From assembly GCF_000020025.1 (NCBI RefSeq), contig NC_010628.1, positions 5,070,001 through 5,102,000 of the forward strand: DNA of 32,000 nucleotides. Direction: 5' to 3'. The stretch comes from Nostoc punctiforme PCC 73102 (GTDB lineage: Bacteria; Cyanobacteriota; Cyanobacteriia; Cyanobacteriales; Nostocaceae). Positions 24,552 through 32,000 of this stretch are shown piece after piece. The translations under genes and the position numbers were made by a program. The stretch's first letter is position 1. Each line of letters opens with the position of its first letter. The notes beneath the pieces were generated by a model, which was not told the DNA's origin, did no database searches, and saw nothing but the letters and a program-made list of their open reading frames with translations.

Positions 24552-26714
24552 TTATAACTTTGACAAAATCTCTGGCAACAACTGACTAGGAACTTTAGAT
24601 AAAGCTAGAGTTTGCCCCTGTATCCCTAATTCATTATGAAAAGCGCGAATAGTTTTCACCACATAAGTGAAGGTTGTTTGATAAGCCTCTGATTGTTTGC
24701 TCAATCCGTTTAAGGCTTGCAAATGGTAGTCTAAAGCTACTTCTAAGTGTTGAGAATGTGTTGCTTTGTCACCATTAAACGACTTATCTATTACTAGCTG
24801 ATAATGTGCTAGTGCCAAGTTATTATAAGAGGCAAGCAAATCAAAGCTTAAAGGAGTACCGCTAAGTGAGTGAGCCAAAGCTATAGCTTCTTCATAAGCG
24901 CTGATACATAGTTGCAAATACTTTTGACGTGCCTCTTTAGTTGTCTGAGAAAGGTTTGCTAAGTGCCAGTAGGCAGTACCTAGATTATTTTGTGTAGCGG
25001 CGCAGGCGCTGGGAACATTTGCTGGAGTGCGATACTTAAGAGCTTTGCTATAGACATTAATCGCTAGCTGGAGATTTTGGGCAGGTTGCTCGTATTGTGC
25101 TAGATTCCAACAGGCAGTGCCGATGTTGTTTTGAATCATCCCATACTTGAGCGGTTCCTGTTCGGGATTGTAGTATATGAGTGCTTCGTTGTAAGCTGCG
25201 ATCGCTTTCTTTAAATGCACAATCGGTTGGTTGTATTGCCCTAGATGCCAGTAAGCAGTACCCAAATTATTCTGGCAAGCTGCATACTTTAATGAATCCA
25301 TATCAGCTGTACGGTAGCTGAGTGCTTCGTTGTAAGCTAATACTGCCTGCTGCCAATTTTCAGATGGGTGAGAAAAACGAGCTAAATCTCCATAAGCCGT
25401 CCCCAAATTATTTTGCACACGAGCGTAAGTTTCCCGATGCGTCTGCGGTGAAATCATCTTTAACGCCAACTGATAAAATTCTATTGCCTGCTCTATATAA
25501 GTTTGTCCCTCCTCAGAATTGGGTGGTGTACGGTATAGCATCCAGTAGAGTGTACCCAAATCATTCAAGATATCTGGAAGTTGTGGTGAGCTTTCGTCAT
25601 AGCTAATAGCCTCCTGATAGGCAATAATTGCCACCATCAGGTTTTCTAGGGTTGACTCTCCTTGCTCAATGCGAAGGCGGTATAAAGTGCCCAAGCGATA
25701 ATAAGCTTCTGCCAGTACATCCCCTGAAGCTTGCTTTTCGTGTAATTCTTCAATCTCCAATAAAATCTGCTGCGGTTGTAAATAATTTTCAGCATTTTTA
25801 TCACTACTTGCGTTAATTGTTGCAATTACTAGCTCTGTTAACTCGCTACTAACATAAGATAAAGACAACAGCGATTGATTATTATTACCACTACCAGACC
25901 TACTAGTAGATTCCTGGGTTTTGTGTATGCCATTCCCTTGTACCTCTGCTGGGAAATTGGAATTATTCTCAAACTTGAGCTCGGAGGCTGCGGTTCTGAG
26001 TTCTGCTTGGTTAACTGATTCATCTATAATCGACTGCTCAATATTCCGTAAATCCAAGTTTCTAGAATGTGAAAAACGTTCTGGATAGCCTGCATTTTGA
26101 GTCGCGGGTGTGGGTTCTCCAGCAAACACAAATACACCAGTCCGGCAACGCCAAAACTGTGGTGCTGATTGCTTAATGGCAGATAACCAAGGACGCGGTA
26201 TCCACAACAGTAAGTTAGATTCTAGGAATCGACTAGATTCTTGTGTAGAAAAATATTGCTCACTTAAGCGGAGATAGTGTAAAAATAAACGCTGTGTTGC
26301 TACTGTTTCCTTGGTAAGATGTTCCACGCCTACAATCTGAAATGCTGGTACTGGAAAAGGTCTTCCAGGGGTATCTTTTGATGCTCCAACAATTGGTGGT
26401 GGATAATTAGCTAACCATTGATTTATCTGAACTATGGGATTGGGTTCGTTTAAATTTAAACGCAATGTGACTAATCGCGGATAAGCTGGAGTGCTATTTT
26501 CTTGGGCATTTGATGACTGATATAGCACCTGTCCAACAGGATAAGCCAATGTAGAATGCAAGCGGGCTGCTACTTGATTTCTCAGGTGTAAATTATCACA
26601 TATTGCTAAAAAAAGTTGTCGTCGTAAGCCAAGGCTTAGGGCAAGTTTCAGGCGGTGGTATACTTGCCGATTCCAAATAGAATTATTGTTGTGTGCAGTA
26701 TCATTCACGCTCAT
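24552..26714 (-). CDS. TPR-repeat protein with an uncharacterised N-terminal domain of about 200 aa
   Basis: The C-terminal about 400 aa has repeated NNLGTAYW.L....A...Y.EAL units. The N-terminal domain and a low-complexity linker carry no recognised motifs. Confidence 0.85.
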   Translation of the reverse strand: MSVNDTAHNNNSIWNRQVYHRLKLALSLGLRRQLFLAICDNLHLRNQVAARLHSTLAYPVGQVLYQSSNAQENSTPAYPRLVTLRLNLNEPNPIVQINQWLANYPPPIVGASKDTPGRPFPVPAFQIVGVEHLTKETVATQRLFLHYLRLSEQYFSTQESSRFLESNLLLWIPRPWLSAIKQSAPQFWRCRTGVFVFAGEPTPATQNAGYPERFSHSRNLDLRNIEQSIIDESVNQAELRTAASELKFENNSNFPAEVQGNGIHKTQESTSRSGSGNNNQSLLSLSYVSSELTELVIATINASSDKNAENYLQPQQILLEIEELHEKQASGDVLAEAYYRLGTLYRLRIEQGESTLENLMVAIIAYQEAISYDESSPQLPDILNDLGTLYWMLYRTPPNSEEGQTYIEQAIEFYQLALKMISPQTHRETYARVQNNLGTAYGDLARFSHPSENWQQAVLAYNEALSYRTADMDSLKYAACQNNLGTAYWHLGQYNQPIVHLKKAIAAYNEALIYYNPEQEPLKYGMIQNNIGTACWNLAQYEQPAQNLQLAINVYSKALKYRTPANVPSACAATQNNLGTAYWHLANLSQTTKEARQKYLQLCISAYEEAIALAHSLSGTPLSFDLLASYNNLALAHYQLVIDKSFNGDKATHSQHLEVALDYHLQALNGLSKQSEAYQTTFTYVVKTIRAFHNELGIQGQTLALSKVPSQLLPEILSKL

Positions 26715-27018
26715 AGCGGCTAAAAAGCCAAAACACAGTACATATCAACATTTTGGATGTATCCAAGTGGGCTAAAGTCATACAGCAGTTTTCTTTTGTA
26801 TGAAGTACAAAGTTACGGATTTTGAAGCAGGGGATAGGAGGCAGAAATTCTTGATATGTGATTTTGAGTCCTGTATTTTATAGCTCACTTATTTGTAAAC
26901 TGCTGTAATAAAAATTATTTTTAAGTAGATGTTGTGCTGCTTAGAATAAATCCAGCCTTCATGTCTGAAAGGCATAAAAAGTATAATTATATACTTAAAT
27001 GGCTTTTTCAATTTTAAC

Positions 27019-27058
27019 AAAAAATAAAAAAGCAGGTCCCTCTTAAAATCGGAACCTG
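27019..27058 (-). terminator. rho-independent terminator of the small TM protein gene
   Basis: The minus strand reads CAGGTTCCGATTTTAAGAGGGACCTG followed by CTTTTTTATTTTTT. Confidence 0.65.
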
Positions 27059-27101
27059 AAAAACCACAAAGAAGATTAAGTTTTCTGAAAATATTTTATG
27101 A

Positions 27102-27281
27102 TTAACTGCTCTTAGAAACGAAGAAGGCGACTAGAATCAAGCCGACAACCAAAGCTGTAGCGGCAATTCCTAGTATGAGATAAGTTCGTTTTTGCCCTTC
27201 TGTGGGAGGTTCTGCTTGATAAACCTTTGGTTCCCGAGCAAAATTATTCAGAAGGCCGCCTTCTTCATTGGTATAGGGCAT
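27102..27281 (-). CDS. 59-aa single-TM protein, possibly Psb34/Ssl1498-family (light-harvesting-like)
   Basis: Not in the ORF track because it falls below the length cutoff. ATG 27281 is preceded by AAGGAA. Translation MPYTNEEGGLLNNFAREPKVYQAEPPTEGQKRTYLILGIAATALVVGLILVAFFVSKSS, stop at 27102-27104, terminator downstream. Confidence 0.7.
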   Translation of the reverse strand: MPYTNEEGGLLNNFAREPKVYQAEPPTEGQKRTYLILGIAATALVVGLILVAFFVSKSS

Positions 27282-27366
27282 GAATTAATTCCTTTATCTT
27301 GATACTTCATTTAATGTTACATAAATGCTAAATCCGCTCTGAAACTGCTAGACAAATCGTTACATT

Positions 27367-27466
27367 ATTGGGAATTGGAATTGGGCATTTAAAAGAGGCA
27401 GAGGGGCGGGGTGCTGCTCTTGCTAAGGGGAAAAACTCCTCTTCCTTGCTCCCCATTCCCCATTCC
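27367..27466. repeat. Inverted STRR arms just 3' of thiO-thiG
   Basis: GGGAATTGGAATTGGG opposes CCCCATTCCCCATTCCC, with a GAGGCAGAGGGGCGGGG / CTCCTCTTCCTTGCTCCCC core. Confidence 0.6.
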
Positions 27467-29491
27467 CTAATTAGTAATCGTCCCGGTGAGAGGTGAACTA
27501 GGACTGGCGTAATCTTTGATCGGCATCCTGCCAGCAAGGTATGCTAGACGACCGGCGACTGCTGCTAAATTCATGGCACGAGCCATTGCTGCTGGGTTTG
27601 GAGAAAGAGCGATCGCACTATTAATCAATAAAGCATCTGCTCCCAATTCCATTGCTTGAGCAGCTTCTGAGGGTGAACCAATACCAGCATCTACCACCAC
27701 TGGTACATTCGCATTTTCGATGATGATTTGGATGTTGGCGGTTGTTTTTAGCCCTTGTCCGGAACCAATTGGCGATGCCAACGGCATTACCGTCGCACAA
27801 CCTACTTCTTCTAAACGCTTGGCTAACATAGGGTCAGCGTTAATATAGGGCAACACTGCAAAACCTTCTTTAACTAGTTGTTCTGCGGCTTGCAGCGTCC
27901 CAATTGGATCTGGGAGTAAATACTTAAGGTCAGGTATTACTTCTAACTTAATAAAGTTATTATCTTCCTGCCCTAACAATTTCGCCATTTCTCGCCCCAA
28001 ACGCGCCACCCGAATTGCCTCTTCAGCAGTTTGGCAACCTGCGGTATTGGGCAACATCCAAATTTTTGTCCAATCTAAGGCTTCGGCTAAACCTTCATGT
28101 CCGGGGGCCTTGGTTTGTACCCGTCGTACAGCCACAGTGACAATCTGGCAATCACTGGCGGCAACGCTTTGTTGCATTTCTTCTATGCTGCGATACTTAC
28201 CAGTTCCCGTCATCAAGCGGGATTGGAAGGTTTTGCCAGCAATAATTAGCGGCGAGTCTTGAATTGGGAGGGAGGATATAGCAGGACGATTACCGTTGGA
28301 GAAGTTGGCAGAATGAGTCAGCATTTGGGTGGAGGTAGATGGCTGGGATTGGAAGCGCGAATAGTGAAAATCAGCAAGTAGAGGAAGAGGATCGGGCTTT
28401 TGTTCTAAGATTAAATCGGCAATCAATGTGGCTGTTATGGGTGTAAGTAGAATCCCGTTACGGTAATGACCTGTAGCAAGGGTTAAATTTTGACAGTGGC
28501 TAGTACCAAGAATGGGTAACTCATCGGGGGTGGCTGGGCGAAATCCCCACCAGAACTCTTGGATCGGATAATCCTTTAATTGGGGATACAGCCGGATGGC
28601 AGCTTGTAATAATTTTTGAATGCCGTCTGGGGTATTGTTGGGGGTGAAGCCAACGTCTTCGCTTGTTGCCCCGATAATCAGGCGATCGCGTCTTGGTACG
28701 ATGTAAATATTCTGCCCAAACAAAACCCGCTTCAAAGGCAAGTCCGGCGCAAACTCTGGTATTCCTACACTCAGCATTTGTCCTTTTCTGGGACGCACGG
28801 GTAGCGGCAATAACTCATTTGACCAAGCACCTGAAGCTAAAACATAATGCGCGGCGCGAATTATCCCAACATTGGTTTGCACGCCAACCACTTGTCCTTG
28901 CTGCTGTAAAAATGCTTCTACTGTAATACCGTCTTTGAGTTCAACACCAACACACTCAGCCGCAGTCCGCAATACGTGGGCTAAAGCCTTATTATCAACT
29001 TGTGCATCTTCAGGATACCACCAGCCACCAACGACCTCTGCTCCCAATCCTGGCTGATATTGATGAATTGCTTCTTTATTTAACCAGTAAGCGGGGGAAG
29101 AGGCAGGGGGGCAGTGGGAAGGGTGCAGAGGAGAGAAATTTTGTCCTTTCCCTCTGCTCCCTGCTCCCTGCTCCCTGCTCCCCTGCCCCACCGCCTCTTC
29201 AAAGACGGGTGCGAGAATACCACAGGCACGGTAGCCAGTATTTAAACCAGTTAGTTCTTCTAGTTTAGTTGTCCAGTCGGGATATAAAGCACGCGATCGC
29301 CAACACAATGAACGCATTGCCTCATTAGTGATGTTTTCCGCGTCTGGTGCTAACATCCCGGCGGCGGCGTGGGTAGCGGCAGCTTGAAAGTCACGACAAA
29401 GCACGGTGACGTTTGTCCCGCGCATTTTTAGCTCAATAGCGATCGCTAAACCAATAACGCCGCCACCAATAATTACGATCTCACTAGTCAT
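27467..29491 (-). CDS. thiO-thiG: bifunctional glycine oxidase ThiO / thiazole synthase ThiG fusion
   Basis: N-terminal FAD fold [16 protein letters not shown]-terminal ThiG pattern [19 protein letters not shown]...VTVAVRR...LPNTAGC...[14 protein letters not shown] single 674-aa ORF. Confidence 0.92.
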   Translation of the reverse strand: MTSEIVIIGGGVIGLAIAIELKMRGTNVTVLCRDFQAAATHAAAGMLAPDAENITNEAMRSLCWRSRALYPDWTTKLEELTGLNTGYRACGILAPVFEEAVGQGSREQGAGSRGKGQNFSPLHPSHCPPASSPAYWLNKEAIHQYQPGLGAEVVGGWWYPEDAQVDNKALAHVLRTAAECVGVELKDGITVEAFLQQQGQVVGVQTNVGIIRAAHYVLASGAWSNELLPLPVRPRKGQMLSVGIPEFAPDLPLKRVLFGQNIYIVPRRDRLIIGATSEDVGFTPNNTPDGIQKLLQAAIRLYPQLKDYPIQEFWWGFRPATPDELPILGTSHCQNLTLATGHYRNGILLTPITATLIADLILEQKPDPLPLLADFHYSRFQSQPSTSTQMLTHSANFSNGNRPAISSLPIQDSPLIIAGKTFQSRLMTGTGKYRSIEEMQQSVAASDCQIVTVAVRRVQTKAPGHEGLAEALDWTKIWMLPNTAGCQTAEEAIRVARLGREMAKLLGQEDNNFIKLEVIPDLKYLLPDPIGTLQAAEQLVKEGFAVLPYINADPMLAKRLEEVGCATVMPLASPIGSGQGLKTTANIQIIIENANVPVVVDAGIGSPSEAAQAMELGADALLINSAIALSPNPAAMARAMNLAAVAGRLAYLAGRMPIKDYASPSSPLTGTITN

Positions 29492-29612
29492 TAGTCACTT
29501 GTACTGAGCGCAGCCGAAGTATTAGTCATTTATCATTAGCCATTTATCATTAGTACATAACTAATAACTCATAACTAATTAACTCATAACTTATAACTTA
29601 TAACTCGTAACT
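29492..29612. repeat. SDR 'empty-site' copy plus tandem heptamers of the ATAACT type (about 8 units)
   Basis: 29494-29523 is the reverse complement of AATACTTCGGCTGCGCTCAGTACAAGTGAC. It is followed by TCATTTATCATTAGCCATTTATCATTAG and CATAACTAATAACTCATAACT...TATAACTTATAACTCGTAACT. Confidence 0.75.
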
Positions 29613-29628
29613 AAAGACGGATATATCG

Positions 29629-30033
29629 TTACCACAAGGCGCGAATTGGTTCGTTGCCTTGATTGGAATCGGTAGATGGCGTGTTTTCGGAACTATCTGT
29701 ACTGCCGTCTGTTGTACTGTCAGCAGGTGATGTTGAGTCATCAGAAGGATTCTGAGCAACACTGCTTCTGTTGTCAGGTCTTGGGGCTACAATACCGCGT
29801 CTGTTTTCGTTTGTTTCGCTTGTTTCAGTTGTTTCGTTTCCTTCCGTTGCAGTTTCTTCATTTTTGCTGCCAGCACTGCTATTAACATTGATATTAGCTG
29901 GCAGAACTTTTGCTGCTTTACCACTGGGAGCGTTAGCGCTTTGCACACCCATAGGAAAATTGATGCCTAGTAATGTACCAAGCAGAATGGCCAAACCTCC
30001 AGCCATTAAAATTAGGGGTGTCCATCTACCCAT
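29629..30033 (-). CDS. membrane-anchored, acidic S/T/N-rich disordered protein
   Basis: N-terminal TM (WTPLILMAGGLAILLGTLLGI) followed by low-complexity sequence (ETATEGNETTETSETNEN ... DSTSPADSTTDGSTDSSENTPSTDS). Lies 16 nt downstream of the 2Fe-2S gene. Confidence 0.6.
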   Translation of the reverse strand: MGRWTPLILMAGGLAILLGTLLGINFPMGVQSANAPSGKAAKVLPANINVNSSAGSKNEETATEGNETTETSETNENRRGIVAPRPDNRSSVAQNPSDDSTSPADSTTDGSTDSSENTPSTDSNQGNEPIRALW

Positions 30034-30049
30034 CTTGTCTTACTCCTTT

Positions 30050-30388
30050 TTAACCTTTTGGTGTCCACACTATTCGAGAACCTTGTCCCCAAAATCCATC
30101 AAACTTTGTCACTTTCACATCGCCTAAAACCTGAGTTTGGCAGGCTAAACGCAAGTCTGTTTTAGGAGAATGGGGAGGAAGCGAACGCCGGGCTCGATCG
30201 CGCCAATTCGCTGCTGATACTTCGCCCTCTACCTTAACCGCACAGGTTCCGCAACTGCCAATGCCCCGACAGTTTATTACCTTAGCACCGTCATTGTAGA
30301 GGTGAATACCATTTTGCAGCAAAATTGTTCGGAGATTGCTTCCGCTTACGCACTGAATTGTTTTACCTTCAGCTAGTACTTTAGGCAT
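30050..30388 (-). CDS. 2Fe-2S ferredoxin-like protein
   Basis: From ATG at 30388 (MPKVLAEGKTIQCVSG...). Cys cluster CRGIGSCGTCAV plus a distal LACQT. Confidence 0.8.
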   Translation of the reverse strand: MPKVLAEGKTIQCVSGSNLRTILLQNGIHLYNDGAKVINCRGIGSCGTCAVKVEGEVSAANWRDRARRSLPPHSPKTDLRLACQTQVLGDVKVTKFDGFWGQGSRIVWTPKG

Positions 30389-30463
30389 TTTTAAATTGCC
30401 AAACTGGCTTTTTGTTGTATATTGACACATTGCCTCGAAAGTTGTCTCGTCGGTCCCAGTTTT

Positions 30464-32000
30464 ATGACCACAAATTCCTCACCTCAACTTTGGCTCTATG
30501 ACACTACATTACGGGATGGCACTCAGCGCGAGGGGCTATCTGTATCGATAGAAGATAAGTTACGCATTGCCAAGAGACTCGATCAACTGGGAGTTCCCTT
30601 CATTGAAGGCGGTTGGCCTGGTGCTAATCCCAAGGATGTACAATTTTTCTGGCAACTCCAAGAAGATCCGCTAAAACAAGCTGAAATTGTGGCTTTTTGT
30701 TCGACTCGACGGCCCAACTCCACTGCCGCAACCGAACCGATGTTACAGGATATTTTGGCTGCGGGAACTCGCTGGGTAACGATTTTTGGTAAGTCTTGGG
30801 ATTTACATGTCACAACTAGCCTCAAAACGACACTAGAAGAAAATTTGGCGATGATTCGTGACACCATTGAGTACCTCCGTTCTCAAGGTCGTCGCATTAT
30901 CTACGATGCCGAACATTGGTTTGATGGTTATAAGCACAATCCAGATTATGCTTTACAAACATTAGAGGCTGCGATCGCATCTGGTGCTGAATGGCTAGTC
31001 CTCTGTGATACCAATGGCGGCACTTTACCTCATGAAATTGGGCAAATTGTACAAGATGTCAGTAGTCATTTGTCATTTGTCACTTGTCAAGAAACAATGA
31101 CGAAGGACAACGGACAAAGGATAATTCCCCAAATTGGAATTCACACTCATAACGATTCAGAAATGGCGGTCGCTAACGCAATAGCCGCCGTGATGGCAGG
31201 GGCAAAGATGGTACAGGGCACAATTAATGGTTACGGTGAACGTTGCGGTAATGCTAACCTCTGTTCGTTAATTCCCAATTTACAACTGAAGCTGGGTTAC
31301 AGTTGTATCACAGAAGACCAGCTAACACAACTTACAGAAGCTAGTCGTTTTGTTAGTGAAGTGGTCAACCTCGCGCCAGATGAACACGCTCCCTTTGTGG
31401 GACTTTCGGCTTTTGCCCACAAGGGTGGTATTCATGTATCAGCTGTAGAACGTAATCCCCTGACTTACGAACACATTCAGCCGGAACAAGTCGGGAATCA
31501 TCGCCGCATTGTGATTTCTGAACAGTCTGGACTTAGCAATGTTCTAGCCAAAGCCCGCAGTTTTGGGATTGACCTCGATCAACTCAAGGCAGAAGCCAAG
31601 GAAATTCTCCAGCGTCTCAAAGATTTGGAGAGTGAAGGATTTCAATTTGAAGCAGCAGAGGCCAGTTTTGCACTACTGATGCACGAAGCTTTGGGAGGTC
31701 GCCAGAAGTTTTTTGAAGTCAAAGGTTTTCAAGTCCACTGTGACTTGGTTGAGGGAAAAGAAACTAGTAACGCCCTAGCTACAGTCAAAATCGCTGTTGA
31801 CGGCAAAAATATTCTGGAGGCGGCGGAAGGTAACGGCCCCGTTGCAGCTTTGGATGCTGCTTTACGCAAGGCTTTGGTGAATTTTTATCCCCAAATAGCT
31901 ACCTTTGATTTGACAGATTACAAAGTGCGAATTCTCAACGGACATACGGGGACTGCGGCAAAAACTCGTGTGTTGGTAGAATCCGGCAATGGTCGTCAGC
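30464..32000 (+). CDS. cimA: (R)-citramalate synthase, N-terminal about 512 aa (3' end outside window)
   Basis: ATG 30464. Motifs LYDTTLRDGTQREG, IEGGWPGANPKD, GIHTHND, NGYGERCGNANL and HKGGIHVSA. The ORF runs off the window edge, so it is absent from the ORF track. Carries a repeat-derived insertion at about 31064-31120. Confidence 0.88.
   Translation, partial: MTTNSSPQLWLYDTTLRDGTQREGLSVSIEDKLRIAKRLDQLGVPFIEGGWPGANPKDVQFFWQLQEDPLKQAEIVAFCSTRRPNSTAATEPMLQDILAAGTRWVTIFGKSWDLHVTTSLKTTLEENLAMIRDTIEYLRSQGRRIIYDAEHWFDGYKHNPDYALQTLEAAIASGAEWLVLCDTNGGTLPHEIGQIVQDVSSHLSFVTCQETMTKDNGQRIIPQIGIHTHNDSEMAVANAIAAVMAGAKMVQGTINGYGERCGNANLCSLIPNLQLKLGYSCITEDQLTQLTEASRFVSEVVNLAPDEHAPFVGLSAFAHKGGIHVSAVERNPLTYEHIQPEQVGNHRRIVISEQSGLSNVLAKARSFGIDLDQLKAEAKEILQRLKDLESEGFQFEAAEASFALLMHEALGGRQKFFEVKGFQVHCDLVEGKETSNALATVKIAVDGKNILEAAEGNGPVAALDAALRKALVNFYPQIATFDLTDYKVRILNGHTGTAAKTRVLVESGNGRQ

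Noticed and set aside
28047-29268. Several + strand ORFs (61-88 aa) across thiO-thiG
   Set aside because: All are antisense to the 674-aa ThiO-ThiG ORF, which carries clear motifs. These are typical shadow ORFs.
30583-30867. 94-aa minus-strand ORF
   Set aside because: It is antisense to the cimA frame, which is missing from the ORF track only because it runs off the window edge.

Overview
This 32-kb chromosomal window reads as a filamentous, heterocyst-forming cyanobacterium of the Nostoc/Anabaena type. The HIP1 octamer GCGATCGC occurs about once per kb (hand count about 30). Almost every intergenic spacer is filled with 7-nt tandem repeats (STRR-like: TGACCAA, TCATTAG, CCCCTAA, ATAACTN) and GC-rich small dispersed repeats (SDR-like). 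Most genes are housekeeping: serS (3' end), rseP, nth, rpsN, aat, ftsX, def, a Cas4-like PD-(D/E)XK nuclease, a GNAT, recJ, cobyrinate a,c-diamide synthase, a fused thiO-thiG, a 2Fe-2S protein and cimA (5' part). Accessory material sits in three places. (i) 4.1-6.7 kb holds an AT-rich orphan coiled-coil/TM gene followed by toxin-antitoxin-like genes in which the nuclease-type partners are broken: a PIN-like gene with two in-frame TAA codons and a DUF5615 gene with a frameshift and no start. The DUF433 partner there is intact and preceded by three perfect 24-bp iterons. (ii) 9.5-10.2 kb is a heavily decayed STAND-NTPase remnant. (iii) 14.3-19.1 kb is a HIP1-free block with a MITE-like element, an Rpn-family nuclease, an unknown gene, a pentapeptide-repeat protein and a CadD-like transporter. 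I do not see a convincing, complete, novel multi-gene system. The most unusual things I can support directly are repeat hairpins embedded in-frame in five housekeeping CDSs, a filled versus empty site pair for a 50-bp mini-element, the iteron array, and a dispersed 13-nt motif. All functional calls come from motif recognition by eye; no searches were run.
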